From positions 3,648,001-3,712,000 of the forward strand of contig OY843751.1 of the NCBI GenBank assembly GCA_963693055.1: a stretch of DNA of 64,000 nucleotides, given 5' to 3'. Source of the DNA: a bacterium (GTDB lineage Bacteria; Zhuqueibacterota; Zhuqueibacteria; Residuimicrobiales; Krinioviventaceae). The position numbers were made by a program, and so were the translations under genes. The notes under the pieces are model-generated. The model searched no databases, was not told the DNA's origin, and saw only the letters and a list, made by a program, of their open reading frames with translations. Below are positions 1 through 7,907 of this stretch, in pieces. Position 1 is the first letter of the stretch. Every line of letters starts with the position of its first letter.

Positions 1-331
1 AATTGGAAAGATTAAATCCAATACGTGTTCCTTTTGGAATCAAATGATTAATAATATCTATTGTAGTATCAATATTGGTTTTACCATCATGCTTAATGCC
101 ATTATCATCAAAATCTGCGGGTTTATCTTCCAGATCAATACCAAAGCCCTGGTCATCAAGTGCAAGCTTTTTATCTTCTTTGGGGCTTTCCATAGCATCA
201 CGTTCTTCAAGTTGCTCACTCAAATGATATGTTTCAAGCGCTTCAATCTCTACCTCTTTACCGTTATTAACCAGTAACGCAGCTTTTAATTGATAATCAT
301 CAATGAATATTCCTAATGCTCTTTTTTTCAT
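1..331 (-). CDS. Partial (runs off window) PilM-like type IV pilus assembly protein
   Basis: Not in the ORF track. My translation from ATG at 331 gives MKKRALGIFIDDYQLKAALLVNNGKEVEIEALETY..., open to position 1. The N-terminus resembles the PilM/FtsA actin-fold start (hGIDI..LK), and it begins 4 bp after the pilT stop. Confidence 0.6.
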   Translation of the reverse strand, partial: MKKRALGIFIDDYQLKAALLVNNGKEVEIEALETYHLSEQLEERDAMESPKEDKKLALDDQGFGIDLEDKPADFDDNGIKHDGKTNIDTTIDIINHLIPKGTRIGFNLSN

Positions 332-335
332 AATA

Positions 336-1541
336 TTAACTTAATAATTCCTGTGCACGTTTTTTATTGTTTGCAAAATTGATTGCATTTTGTTCTGTAA
401 TTTTGCCTTGCTTAACCAGACGGACCAGGTCTTGTTCAAGAGTATTCATACCCAGTTTTCCGCCTTCAGCAATCATCTGATAAATTTCAGTAACATTTTT
501 ATTACGAATAGCCGCACGTACTGAACTGGTAACCAGTAAAACTTCTTTTGCAAGTACCAGTTTCTGATCAATACCCGGAATCAACTTTTGCGAAATAACA
601 ACTCTTAACTGATCTGCCAAACGCACGCGAACACGCTCTTGTTCAAATGTGGGACATTCAGCCACAATACGGTCAATGGTTTCTACTGCTGAACCGGTAT
701 GCAAGGTTGAAAATACTTTATGGCCCGTATCTGATATTTCAAGACAGGTTACAATAGTTTCAGGATCACGCATTTCGCCTACTACAATAATATCAGGATC
801 CTGTCGTAATGCCTGAACCGCACCATCCTTGAACGACAATACATCTCGCCCTACTTCTCGGTGACGGATGATACATTTTTTAGATTGATGAATATATTCA
901 ATAGGATCTCCAACAATAACAATATGAGCATTGACCGTTTGATTATTGGCATCTACTATACTGTCCATTGTTGTACTTTTACCAGAACCGGTAATACCTG
1001 TTAATAAAACAATACCCTGCTTTTCATGAGCTAGTGATAAAGCTCTGGTAATGTTGGGATGAAAACCCAAATTTTTATAAGGATAAACATTGGTATTAAT
1101 AGCACGCATATTCAACGCAAGGTGCCCCAAATCTACATACATACTGGCACGCCAGCGCATCATACTTTGTTGATCAGATACAGCATAAGAAAAATCTAAT
1201 ACTCTGTCACTTATCAATGCTTCACGTTGTTTAGTAGAAAGCAGACTCTGGCACATGATATCGGTTTGATCTGTTGACCAATGCCCCAGTTCCTGACGTG
1301 GTACTTTACGCCCCTGTAATCTGAACCAGATATAATTCTGTGCGGTTACTCCCCCCATTTCAATATCAGAAGCATTCAATTTGCGCATAACCAACAAAAA
1401 CTCTTTATATTTATTCTGAAGAAAATAGGTTTCCTGAGGAGACAATTTATCCATTGCATCACTAAGATAACGCTGACGGTCTATACCCTCAGCGTGTGGG
1501 GGCAGTTGTTTTTTTACTTTATTAAAAATTTCTGGTAACAT
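336..1541 (-). CDS. pilT: Type IV pilus retraction ATPase PilT family
   Basis: Walker A GITGSGKST, Asp box DPIE, ALRQDPDIIVVGEMRD, His box GH.VFSTLHT, C-terminal AAIRN/GMNTLEQ. Confidence 0.93.
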   Translation of the reverse strand: MLPEIFNKVKKQLPPHAEGIDRQRYLSDAMDKLSPQETYFLQNKYKEFLLVMRKLNASDIEMGGVTAQNYIWFRLQGRKVPRQELGHWSTDQTDIMCQSLLSTKQREALISDRVLDFSYAVSDQQSMMRWRASMYVDLGHLALNMRAINTNVYPYKNLGFHPNITRALSLAHEKQGIVLLTGITGSGKSTTMDSIVDANNQTVNAHIVIVGDPIEYIHQSKKCIIRHREVGRDVLSFKDGAVQALRQDPDIIVVGEMRDPETIVTCLEISDTGHKVFSTLHTGSAVETIDRIVAECPTFEQERVRVRLADQLRVVISQKLIPGIDQKLVLAKEVLLVTSSVRAAIRNKNVTEIYQMIAEGGKLGMNTLEQDLVRLVKQGKITEQNAINFANNKKRAQELLS

Positions 1542-1547
1542 GATAAA

Positions 1548-2507
1548 TTAAACCTTTTCAACCATACAATTTTCGTCAAGATACTTTTTCTGATATTCAA
1601 TAATTTTATAAGGATCTATCAAATCGTGCTCACCATCACGATAGTGTTCTTCAATTTTTTCAATGATTGCGCGTATACGCCCCACACTGTTTTGGATGCT
1701 ATCTACGCGTTCAATATATGAGCTGCCTTCATCTCGCATCATTAACTCTGCGTTAACTGCCAGAATAGCAAGTGGGTTATTTAACTCATGCTGCAGGGTA
1801 CGCAAAATTTTATCAATAAAGATTCTTTTTTCAAGTTTCAATTTCTTGGAATATGTGGAAACCATTTCATTATTTTTCCGAATATACTCTGCATTTAATT
1901 TCATCAATTCAACATTCTGCATAATCAAAGTATTTGAAAGGAATGATGAAATAAAATAAACCAGAAATAATAGACAGGTATAAGATAAAATGGATTGGAT
2001 GTTCATACGCAAAAACATCAGAAAAGCTGGTAAAAGCTCAAAACTGGGCATTACTCTATTGTATTGGGTTAGGAACAAAACAGTTATCAAACCCAGCAGG
2101 CTGATATTGCTTGCCCAAAAACCTACACTTTTTCCCATTGTAATGCTGGAGGTTAAAACAGGTATTAGATACAGCCAGATCAATGGACTTTCTGTACCAC
2201 CTGTCATATAAATAACCATTGAAAAGATGCAGACATCCAGCAGATTGTGCAACAAGATGAAAAACCGATTATTCTTTAAAGAATCCAGCCAAAAACTGTA
2301 TGCCATGTTTAAAATCATAATGCCTATCAAAGTATATACAAAAGTATACTTGGGTAGAGTCATCTGTTTCAGGGCCAGTTGTATAATACCAATTGATAAA
2401 AAGCTAATGGTAGAAAACCAGCGTACATAATTCCACCACTTTAGGGTATTATGAATACTTTGATTTTCATCAAACTGATTGGGATTATTCTTAATGGATT
2501 TTTTCAC
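1548..2507 (-). CDS. Membrane protein with HisKA (H-box) domain but no HATPase domain; PilS-like sensor architecture
   Basis: About 6 hydrophobic segments, then LQHELNNPLAIL H-box. The protein ends about 80 aa later with no N/G1/F/G2 boxes. Confidence 0.75.
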   Translation of the reverse strand: MKKSIKNNPNQFDENQSIHNTLKWWNYVRWFSTISFLSIGIIQLALKQMTLPKYTFVYTLIGIMILNMAYSFWLDSLKNNRFFILLHNLLDVCIFSMVIYMTGGTESPLIWLYLIPVLTSSITMGKSVGFWASNISLLGLITVLFLTQYNRVMPSFELLPAFLMFLRMNIQSILSYTCLLFLVYFISSFLSNTLIMQNVELMKLNAEYIRKNNEMVSTYSKKLKLEKRIFIDKILRTLQHELNNPLAILAVNAELMMRDEGSSYIERVDSIQNSVGRIRAIIEKIEEHYRDGEHDLIDPYKIIEYQKKYLDENCMVEKV

Positions 2508-2535
2508 CGTGTTACCCTTTAAATAGTTAAACCAA

Positions 2536-3534
2536 CTAGTACATTACCCCGTCGACAGGTGTTTTAAGCTGTCTAACTTCTTCATTCATCCTGGCCACTC
2601 TTTCACAAGTGAGCATAAACTTTTTCGACATACATAAAATCACGTTCGCGGCATAACGCATAGCCAGATTCTTGTTATTCTGAAAATACTTTGCAAGATC
2701 AGATTTATTAATTACTATTAAATCAAAGCTTTCTTCAGATTTTAAAAGCAGCATAAAATTTGTTTTTCCTGATATAAATACAGAAGATTCTCCAATACTT
2801 TCTCCTGCTTTAAAATAACCTATCAAACTATTTCTGTACCAGCACGAAAGACTACCACTTTTTACAATGACCATCTCTTTGGTCGCATCAAGGATATAAT
2901 TTTCCCTAACCTGAACCGTTTTTCCCGTTCCCAGATCCAAAATACCTCTCACATGCTGGTCAGGCATATTGGAAAAAACAAAGGGGGTAAACGCAACAAT
3001 TTGTTGTTCCTGCACAACAGGTCTGGGAGCAGATTCCGGTCTGGCATGACCGTTTGTACCATTCGTACCATTGCTTCCATTCGTCCCATTATGTGGAACA
3101 GGCCTGCTTTGCACGCTTGATCCATTTTGTGGTTTACTTTCATCTTCCGGTTGTATATTAACAATAGCTGATTCCTTGTTAAAAAACTTGTTAATGTTGG
3201 TAACAAGATTTTTGGCTAACCCGGGTTTGGTAACAAATTCATTAGCACCGGCTTTGATTGCCTTTTGAGAGAAATTCTGACCACTGAACCCGGTAAATGC
3301 AATGATATGCGTTTGGGGTGATCGGGTCCTTAATTTCGAAATAATCTCAAGACCATTCATCTGACCCGGCAAAACCAGGTCTACCAGGGCCAAATCAAAG
3401 TTATTTGCGCCAGATTTCATCACTGCTTCGTCACCATCGGCGGCCGTAACCACTTCATAGCCCTCTAATCTCAACAATTCAGCCGAAGTTTCCCGCAAAT
3501 CCCGTTCATCATCAACTATTAATATCTTATGCAT
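2536..3534 (-). CDS. Response regulator (REC) with low-complexity linker and C-terminal cNMP-binding/Crp-like domain
   Basis: ILIVDDE...LVDLVLP...FTG...TKP is an intact REC domain; the C-terminal MVIVKSGSL...GESIGE resembles a cNMP beta-barrel. Confidence 0.75.
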   Translation of the reverse strand: MHKILIVDDERDLRETSAELLRLEGYEVVTAADGDEAVMKSGANNFDLALVDLVLPGQMNGLEIISKLRTRSPQTHIIAFTGFSGQNFSQKAIKAGANEFVTKPGLAKNLVTNINKFFNKESAIVNIQPEDESKPQNGSSVQSRPVPHNGTNGSNGTNGTNGHARPESAPRPVVQEQQIVAFTPFVFSNMPDQHVRGILDLGTGKTVQVRENYILDATKEMVIVKSGSLSCWYRNSLIGYFKAGESIGESSVFISGKTNFMLLLKSEESFDLIVINKSDLAKYFQNNKNLAMRYAANVILCMSKKFMLTCERVARMNEEVRQLKTPVDGVMY

Positions 3535-3552
3535 TCATAACCTCGTTTCACA

Positions 3553-5340
3553 TTATTCCATAGTTGCCGCAACAACTTCATCCATACAAGCCCTACCCTG
3601 CAACACGCGTGTCCGTGCAGCCGCCCTCAGTGAAACCATACCATATTTTATTGCACTCGCTCGAATTTTGTCATCATCCAGATCACCGGATGCTTCCAAA
3701 ATTATTCTTCGTATATCAGGTGTAAAAGGTAATACTTCATGAATTGCAACTCGACCGGAATACCCCTTACGACAACTATCACATCCCACCGGCTCATAAA
3801 TGGTTGCATTTTGTAACTCTTCATCCTTAAACCCAATTGAATTGGCAAACGCCATATCAATATTTTCAACGGGTTTCTTGCACTTGTCACATAAAGTACG
3901 CATCAAACGCTGTGCCACAACCAAATTGATAGCATAGGCGATGAGAAAAGGTTCTATACCCATTTTATATAAACGGGAAATAACGCTAACAGCATCATTG
4001 GTATGCAATGTAGAAAAAGTAAGGTGACCGGTGTTGGCAAGTTTAATACCAATCTCGGCTGTTTTTTGGTCACGAATTTCACCCACCATAACAATGTCAG
4101 GGTCGTGACGAAGAATAGCACGTATAGCTTTATCAAAATCCATCTTGTGGCTGATCTTTAACTGACGTGCTCCCTTAATATTATATTCCACAGGATCTTC
4201 AACAGTCAGTACATTAACTTCAGGAGTCATTACCTGATGCAATGCCGCAACAAGTGTGGTACTTTTACCACTACCGGTAGGACCCGTTAAAATAACCATT
4301 CCCTGGGGTTTCTTGATAGCTTTAATAAACTCTGCTCTTGCAAAACCATCAAAACCCAGTTTACCCAGATCGGTTATAACTTTACGGTCATCAAGCACAC
4401 GAATAACAACACTTTCATACTTGCGGGTAAACGCGCTTGATACAATGGGTACAATAGAAACACGAAAACGCAGCAGGTAATGGTCAATTTCTCGTTGAAT
4501 AAAACCATCTTGCGCGGTATCCCATTCAAACCGGTCAACATTACGGGTTCTGTCTTTAACCACTGCCAGAAAAGCTTCCGGTTTAACTCCGTCCTGGCGG
4601 TGCCACAATTGCAGCTTGCCGTCAATACGGAAATGGATTTCTGTAATGTTTCCTTCTTTGGGGATAATATGAATATCACTGGCACCTTTATGTACCGCTT
4701 CGATCAAACATCCCTCAAACAAGTTTACCAACAAACTTTTGTTAATAGCTGCCGTTAACTCGTCTTCATCCAGCCCTTTATCGTCCTCTTCCTCATCCAT
4801 CGATATAGACATCTCTTCAGTAACCTCTTTGAGGTTTTCAAGGAATTGGTTTTCATTGGGCATGGCTTTCTTGAGGATCTCTTCAACCTCTTCCAGCTTG
4901 CCATAAGCAAGTTCAAAGCGCTTAAAACCGGCTTGTCTGAGTAGTTGATCAATTGTACGGTCGGTTGGATCAGGAGTAATAAAGATGGTCACTTCATTAT
5001 TTTTTTCACTATATCCAAAGGGCAAGATCTTGCGGTTTACAAATGCATCCTGAACATTCTGTGGCAAGTTTTCATACATGCTTCGAATAAATTTTAACCA
5101 GCCTTCAGAAACAGATGCAGCATCTATTTTAATTTCACGAAAAGCATAAACCCGGCAAAACGCCTGGTATACCTTGTGACGATCATAACCTAATTCATTG
5201 ATTAATACATTTTCTAGACTCTGCTTTTTATCAGAGTTTTTTACAATATCGTTGACTTTGGCAAGGTCTTCCTGATTACAGAGACCTTCTCTGATCAACA
5301 TTTCAACAACTGTATTTGGAATTTGTGTATTTGCTATCAT
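3553..5340 (-). CDS. pilB: Type IV pilus assembly ATPase PilB/GspE
   Basis: ASDIHI, GPTGSGKST, TVEDPVEY, LRHDPDIVMVGEIRD, TGHL.FSTLHTN, tetracysteine CDKC...CDSC. Confidence 0.93.
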   Translation of the reverse strand: MIANTQIPNTVVEMLIREGLCNQEDLAKVNDIVKNSDKKQSLENVLINELGYDRHKVYQAFCRVYAFREIKIDAASVSEGWLKFIRSMYENLPQNVQDAFVNRKILPFGYSEKNNEVTIFITPDPTDRTIDQLLRQAGFKRFELAYGKLEEVEEILKKAMPNENQFLENLKEVTEEMSISMDEEEDDKGLDEDELTAAINKSLLVNLFEGCLIEAVHKGASDIHIIPKEGNITEIHFRIDGKLQLWHRQDGVKPEAFLAVVKDRTRNVDRFEWDTAQDGFIQREIDHYLLRFRVSIVPIVSSAFTRKYESVVIRVLDDRKVITDLGKLGFDGFARAEFIKAIKKPQGMVILTGPTGSGKSTTLVAALHQVMTPEVNVLTVEDPVEYNIKGARQLKISHKMDFDKAIRAILRHDPDIVMVGEIRDQKTAEIGIKLANTGHLTFSTLHTNDAVSVISRLYKMGIEPFLIAYAINLVVAQRLMRTLCDKCKKPVENIDMAFANSIGFKDEELQNATIYEPVGCDSCRKGYSGRVAIHEVLPFTPDIRRIILEASGDLDDDKIRASAIKYGMVSLRAAARTRVLQGRACMDEVVAATME

Positions 5341-5342
5341 TT

Positions 5343-6689
5343 TTACATTCCCATTCCTGGTATTTTGGGTGAGAACACTGCAGTTTCAGAAGAAACTACG
5401 GTCAACAATGTCATCACAATCATGATGATCATTGAAACAAATACCTGGATCCAGTCCACAATGGCCTGCATCTTGTATTTGGATTCTTTTTCATAATAAC
5501 GAGCTATCTGCAAACTCACTTTTTTCAAAGTACCCGATTCAGCACCAGTATTAAAACGAGTGAGCGCATTATCAGTAAATACTTCTGCTGCTTTTAATGA
5601 TTCAACAAATCCTTTACCTTCTCTTACCATCATAGGTATTGTAATTTCTTTGATCTGTTTTTCCATATATTTATTTCTGCAAGCTTCAGCAGCAGTTCGA
5701 ATAACTTCAATATTTTCACCAGATCCACTGTACATGGAATTGAATACACGGCAAAAAATTTCAATCGAAGTTTTATGCATGATGGGTCCAAGTATTGGAG
5801 CTTTTATTGATATTTTGCCAACAACAACTTGACCCTTCTTGGTCACTGCCAGACGTAATAAAACGATAGGAGGAACAACCATTGCAAGTATAATCCACAC
5901 TATATTGGCTGTTAAGAAATGACTCATTTTCAAACTAAAATCAGTCATTGGGGGAAGCTCTGCACCAAAACTGGCAAACATTTCAGCAGTTTCGGGAAAA
6001 ATGTAACCGATATAAAATATAACAGCACCCAGCAACACCAGCATTGTAATTGATGGCATTAACAAAGCGCTTTTGATACTTTTTTGAAAATCATGAACGC
6101 GTTCTAAAAAGATAGCAGTATTTTCATAAACTTCTGCCATATTACCACTCTTGGAAGCAACACCCAACATCTTTGCCGGGAACTTGCCCAAAAAGGCTTC
6201 CTGTTTTCCAAAAACTTCTTCACCATCTTTACCATCTTTTAAATCGCTCAAGATCTCTTTAATAATCTTTTTCATGGACTTGTTATTGATGTCAGTTTCC
6301 AAAAGGGTCAAAATCTCATCAAAAGGAAGTTTCTCTCTCAACAAGTCTGCTGATAGACGAATAAAAGTAATAATATCGCCCTGTGGGGGTTTCATTCGAA
6401 CATCAATAAGACTTTTTTCAACATGGACGTTATCAAAGCCCATGCGTCTGAGTGCGAGTTCAACTTCTTCTTTTGAATAAGCCTGCTGTTCACCTCGAAT
6501 TGGAGAACCGCCCTGCCGGCTTACTTTATACAAATATGTTGCTTTCTTTTGTATAGAGTTGAGCGTAAAACCCTTCTGACGGGAGATAAGCGCAATCCTC
6601 TGTTTCGCTTCAGATTTGTTTTTGGCTTCAATAAACCCCGAAACACGCTTTTGATTGGGGGTCATTCCTGTATATCTAAATTCAGCCAT
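5343..6689 (-). CDS. pilC: Type IV pilus inner-membrane platform PilC/GspF
   Basis: Two T2SSF-type domains (SG.MAEV; GAESGTL), GAELPPMT motif, 3 TM segments. Confidence 0.9.
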   Translation of the reverse strand: MAEFRYTGMTPNQKRVSGFIEAKNKSEAKQRIALISRQKGFTLNSIQKKATYLYKVSRQGGSPIRGEQQAYSKEEVELALRRMGFDNVHVEKSLIDVRMKPPQGDIITFIRLSADLLREKLPFDEILTLLETDINNKSMKKIIKEILSDLKDGKDGEEVFGKQEAFLGKFPAKMLGVASKSGNMAEVYENTAIFLERVHDFQKSIKSALLMPSITMLVLLGAVIFYIGYIFPETAEMFASFGAELPPMTDFSLKMSHFLTANIVWIILAMVVPPIVLLRLAVTKKGQVVVGKISIKAPILGPIMHKTSIEIFCRVFNSMYSGSGENIEVIRTAAEACRNKYMEKQIKEITIPMMVREGKGFVESLKAAEVFTDNALTRFNTGAESGTLKKVSLQIARYYEKESKYKMQAIVDWIQVFVSMIIMIVMTLLTVVSSETAVFSPKIPGMGM

Positions 6690-6713
6690 GGTTCTCTATT
6701 ATCTCCTTTTACT

Positions 6714-6748
6714 AAAAAAGGGCCCAGTGTGTTGCCGGGCCCTTTTTG
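6714..6748. terminator. Intrinsic terminator between pilin and pilC
   Basis: AAAAAAGGGCCC-AGTGTGTTGCC-GGGCCCTTTTT stem-loop with A/T tails on both sides. Confidence 0.75.
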
Positions 6749-6866
6749 ATTCGAACATGATACTATAGTAATGATAGAGCTTTATTACTCTTTTATGATG
6801 TTAATCCAATTTGCCCAACTATAATTATCAATACATTCGTTAAATATCATTAGTTATTTACGATTC

Positions 6867-7295
6867 TTAACTGCCTGAAGAAACACGGTCAATAGAAGTA
6901 ATAGAAATGCTGTTAGCTTGAACTTCCATTACAACCTGAGCCACATTGCCGTCTTTGTCCTGGTAGGTTCCAACACCCTGCAAAGAAACTGCAGTTGCGG
7001 TTCCAGCGGTAGAAATAGTATAAGCGCCATTTTCAGTAGACCATGAAGTAGCTGAGCTACCTACTGGTGCCATGTCTTGCATTGCAATACCAACAAATGA
7101 ATTGCCGCCGCCACCCATACTGGTGGGTTTTACAAAATATTGTTGTGCTTTTGCAGCAAGGTTTGTCAAGTCATTAATGACTGCTTCCTGATTTGAAGAT
7201 GCAGCAGATGCACCAAACATTTGAATACCAACTACTACTGCAATACCTACAATAATTACAGAAAGAACGATGAGTAAAAGTTGCTGTTGACCCAT
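6867..7295 (-). CDS. Probable major type IV pilin with non-canonical MGQQQLLL N-terminus
   Basis: Hydrophobic N-terminal helix with Gly spacing, 142 aa, strong RBS (AAGGAG), first gene of the pilC-pilB-pilT operon, followed by a terminator. Confidence 0.8.
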   Translation of the reverse strand: MGQQQLLLIVLSVIIVGIAVVVGIQMFGASAASSNQEAVINDLTNLAAKAQQYFVKPTSMGGGGNSFVGIAMQDMAPVGSSATSWSTENGAYTISTAGTATAVSLQGVGTYQDKDGNVAQVVMEVQANSISITSIDRVSSGS

Positions 7296-7374
7296 TATAA
7301 ACTCCTTTTGTTAATTAAATGTGTTTGTTTTGTTTTTATTTTATTTTTAATTATTTCCAATTTCACTAATGTTT

Positions 7375-7391
7375 TATCAAACATTATGCCA
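7375..7391 (-). promoter_or_regulatory. Putative sigma54 -24/-12 promoter of pilin
   Basis: Minus strand TGGCATAATGTTTGATA = GG-N10-GA (variant of GG-N10-GC), about 80 bp upstream of the pilin ATG. Confidence 0.5.
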
Positions 7392-7852
7392 GAACTCTAT
7401 TTTTCACACCAACTTTAAAAAAATGACATTAAATCTATATTTTACAACAAATTAAAGCAACTGACAATGATTCAACATCTCTTTTTTTATTCCAAATACA
7501 TAGCAAAAGTATTGCCTGCAAGGGACAATTCATGGTTCAAATCATTTTTTTTGGGGCATTTGGGGCAACAATTACACAATTCAATCTAAAATTTGGTTTT
7601 TTTTTAGGGATTCAATTAATTTTCTGCAAAATGATTGACAAAAAGTATATATAGATAAAGAAAATCAGAAAATTTGAATTTTCTGCTACCAAATTTACGA
7701 GATTTACATAGCAAACACCGCCTAACGTGAGACAATGGGGCAACACATTCATATTGGGTGGTTACTCAATGTCACACGTTAGTCCATTCCTTTTCTTTTC
7801 TCCATTTTTAAAAACAAGCTTTCAGGGTTTACTAAATACATGCATAAAAGGA

Positions 7853-7881
7853 TTGCTTCATTTTTGAAAAATTTGTACTTT
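7853..7881 (+). promoter_or_regulatory. Putative sigma70 promoter of the porX-tsaE operon
   Basis: TTGCTT-N17-TACTTT upstream of ATG 7908. Confidence 0.4.
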
Positions 7882-7907
7882 ACTCGTCTAATGAACAAGG
7901 CGACTTT

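Noticed and set aside
44-277. 77-aa plus-strand ORF
   Set aside because: Antisense shadow of the partial PilM-like gene on the minus strand
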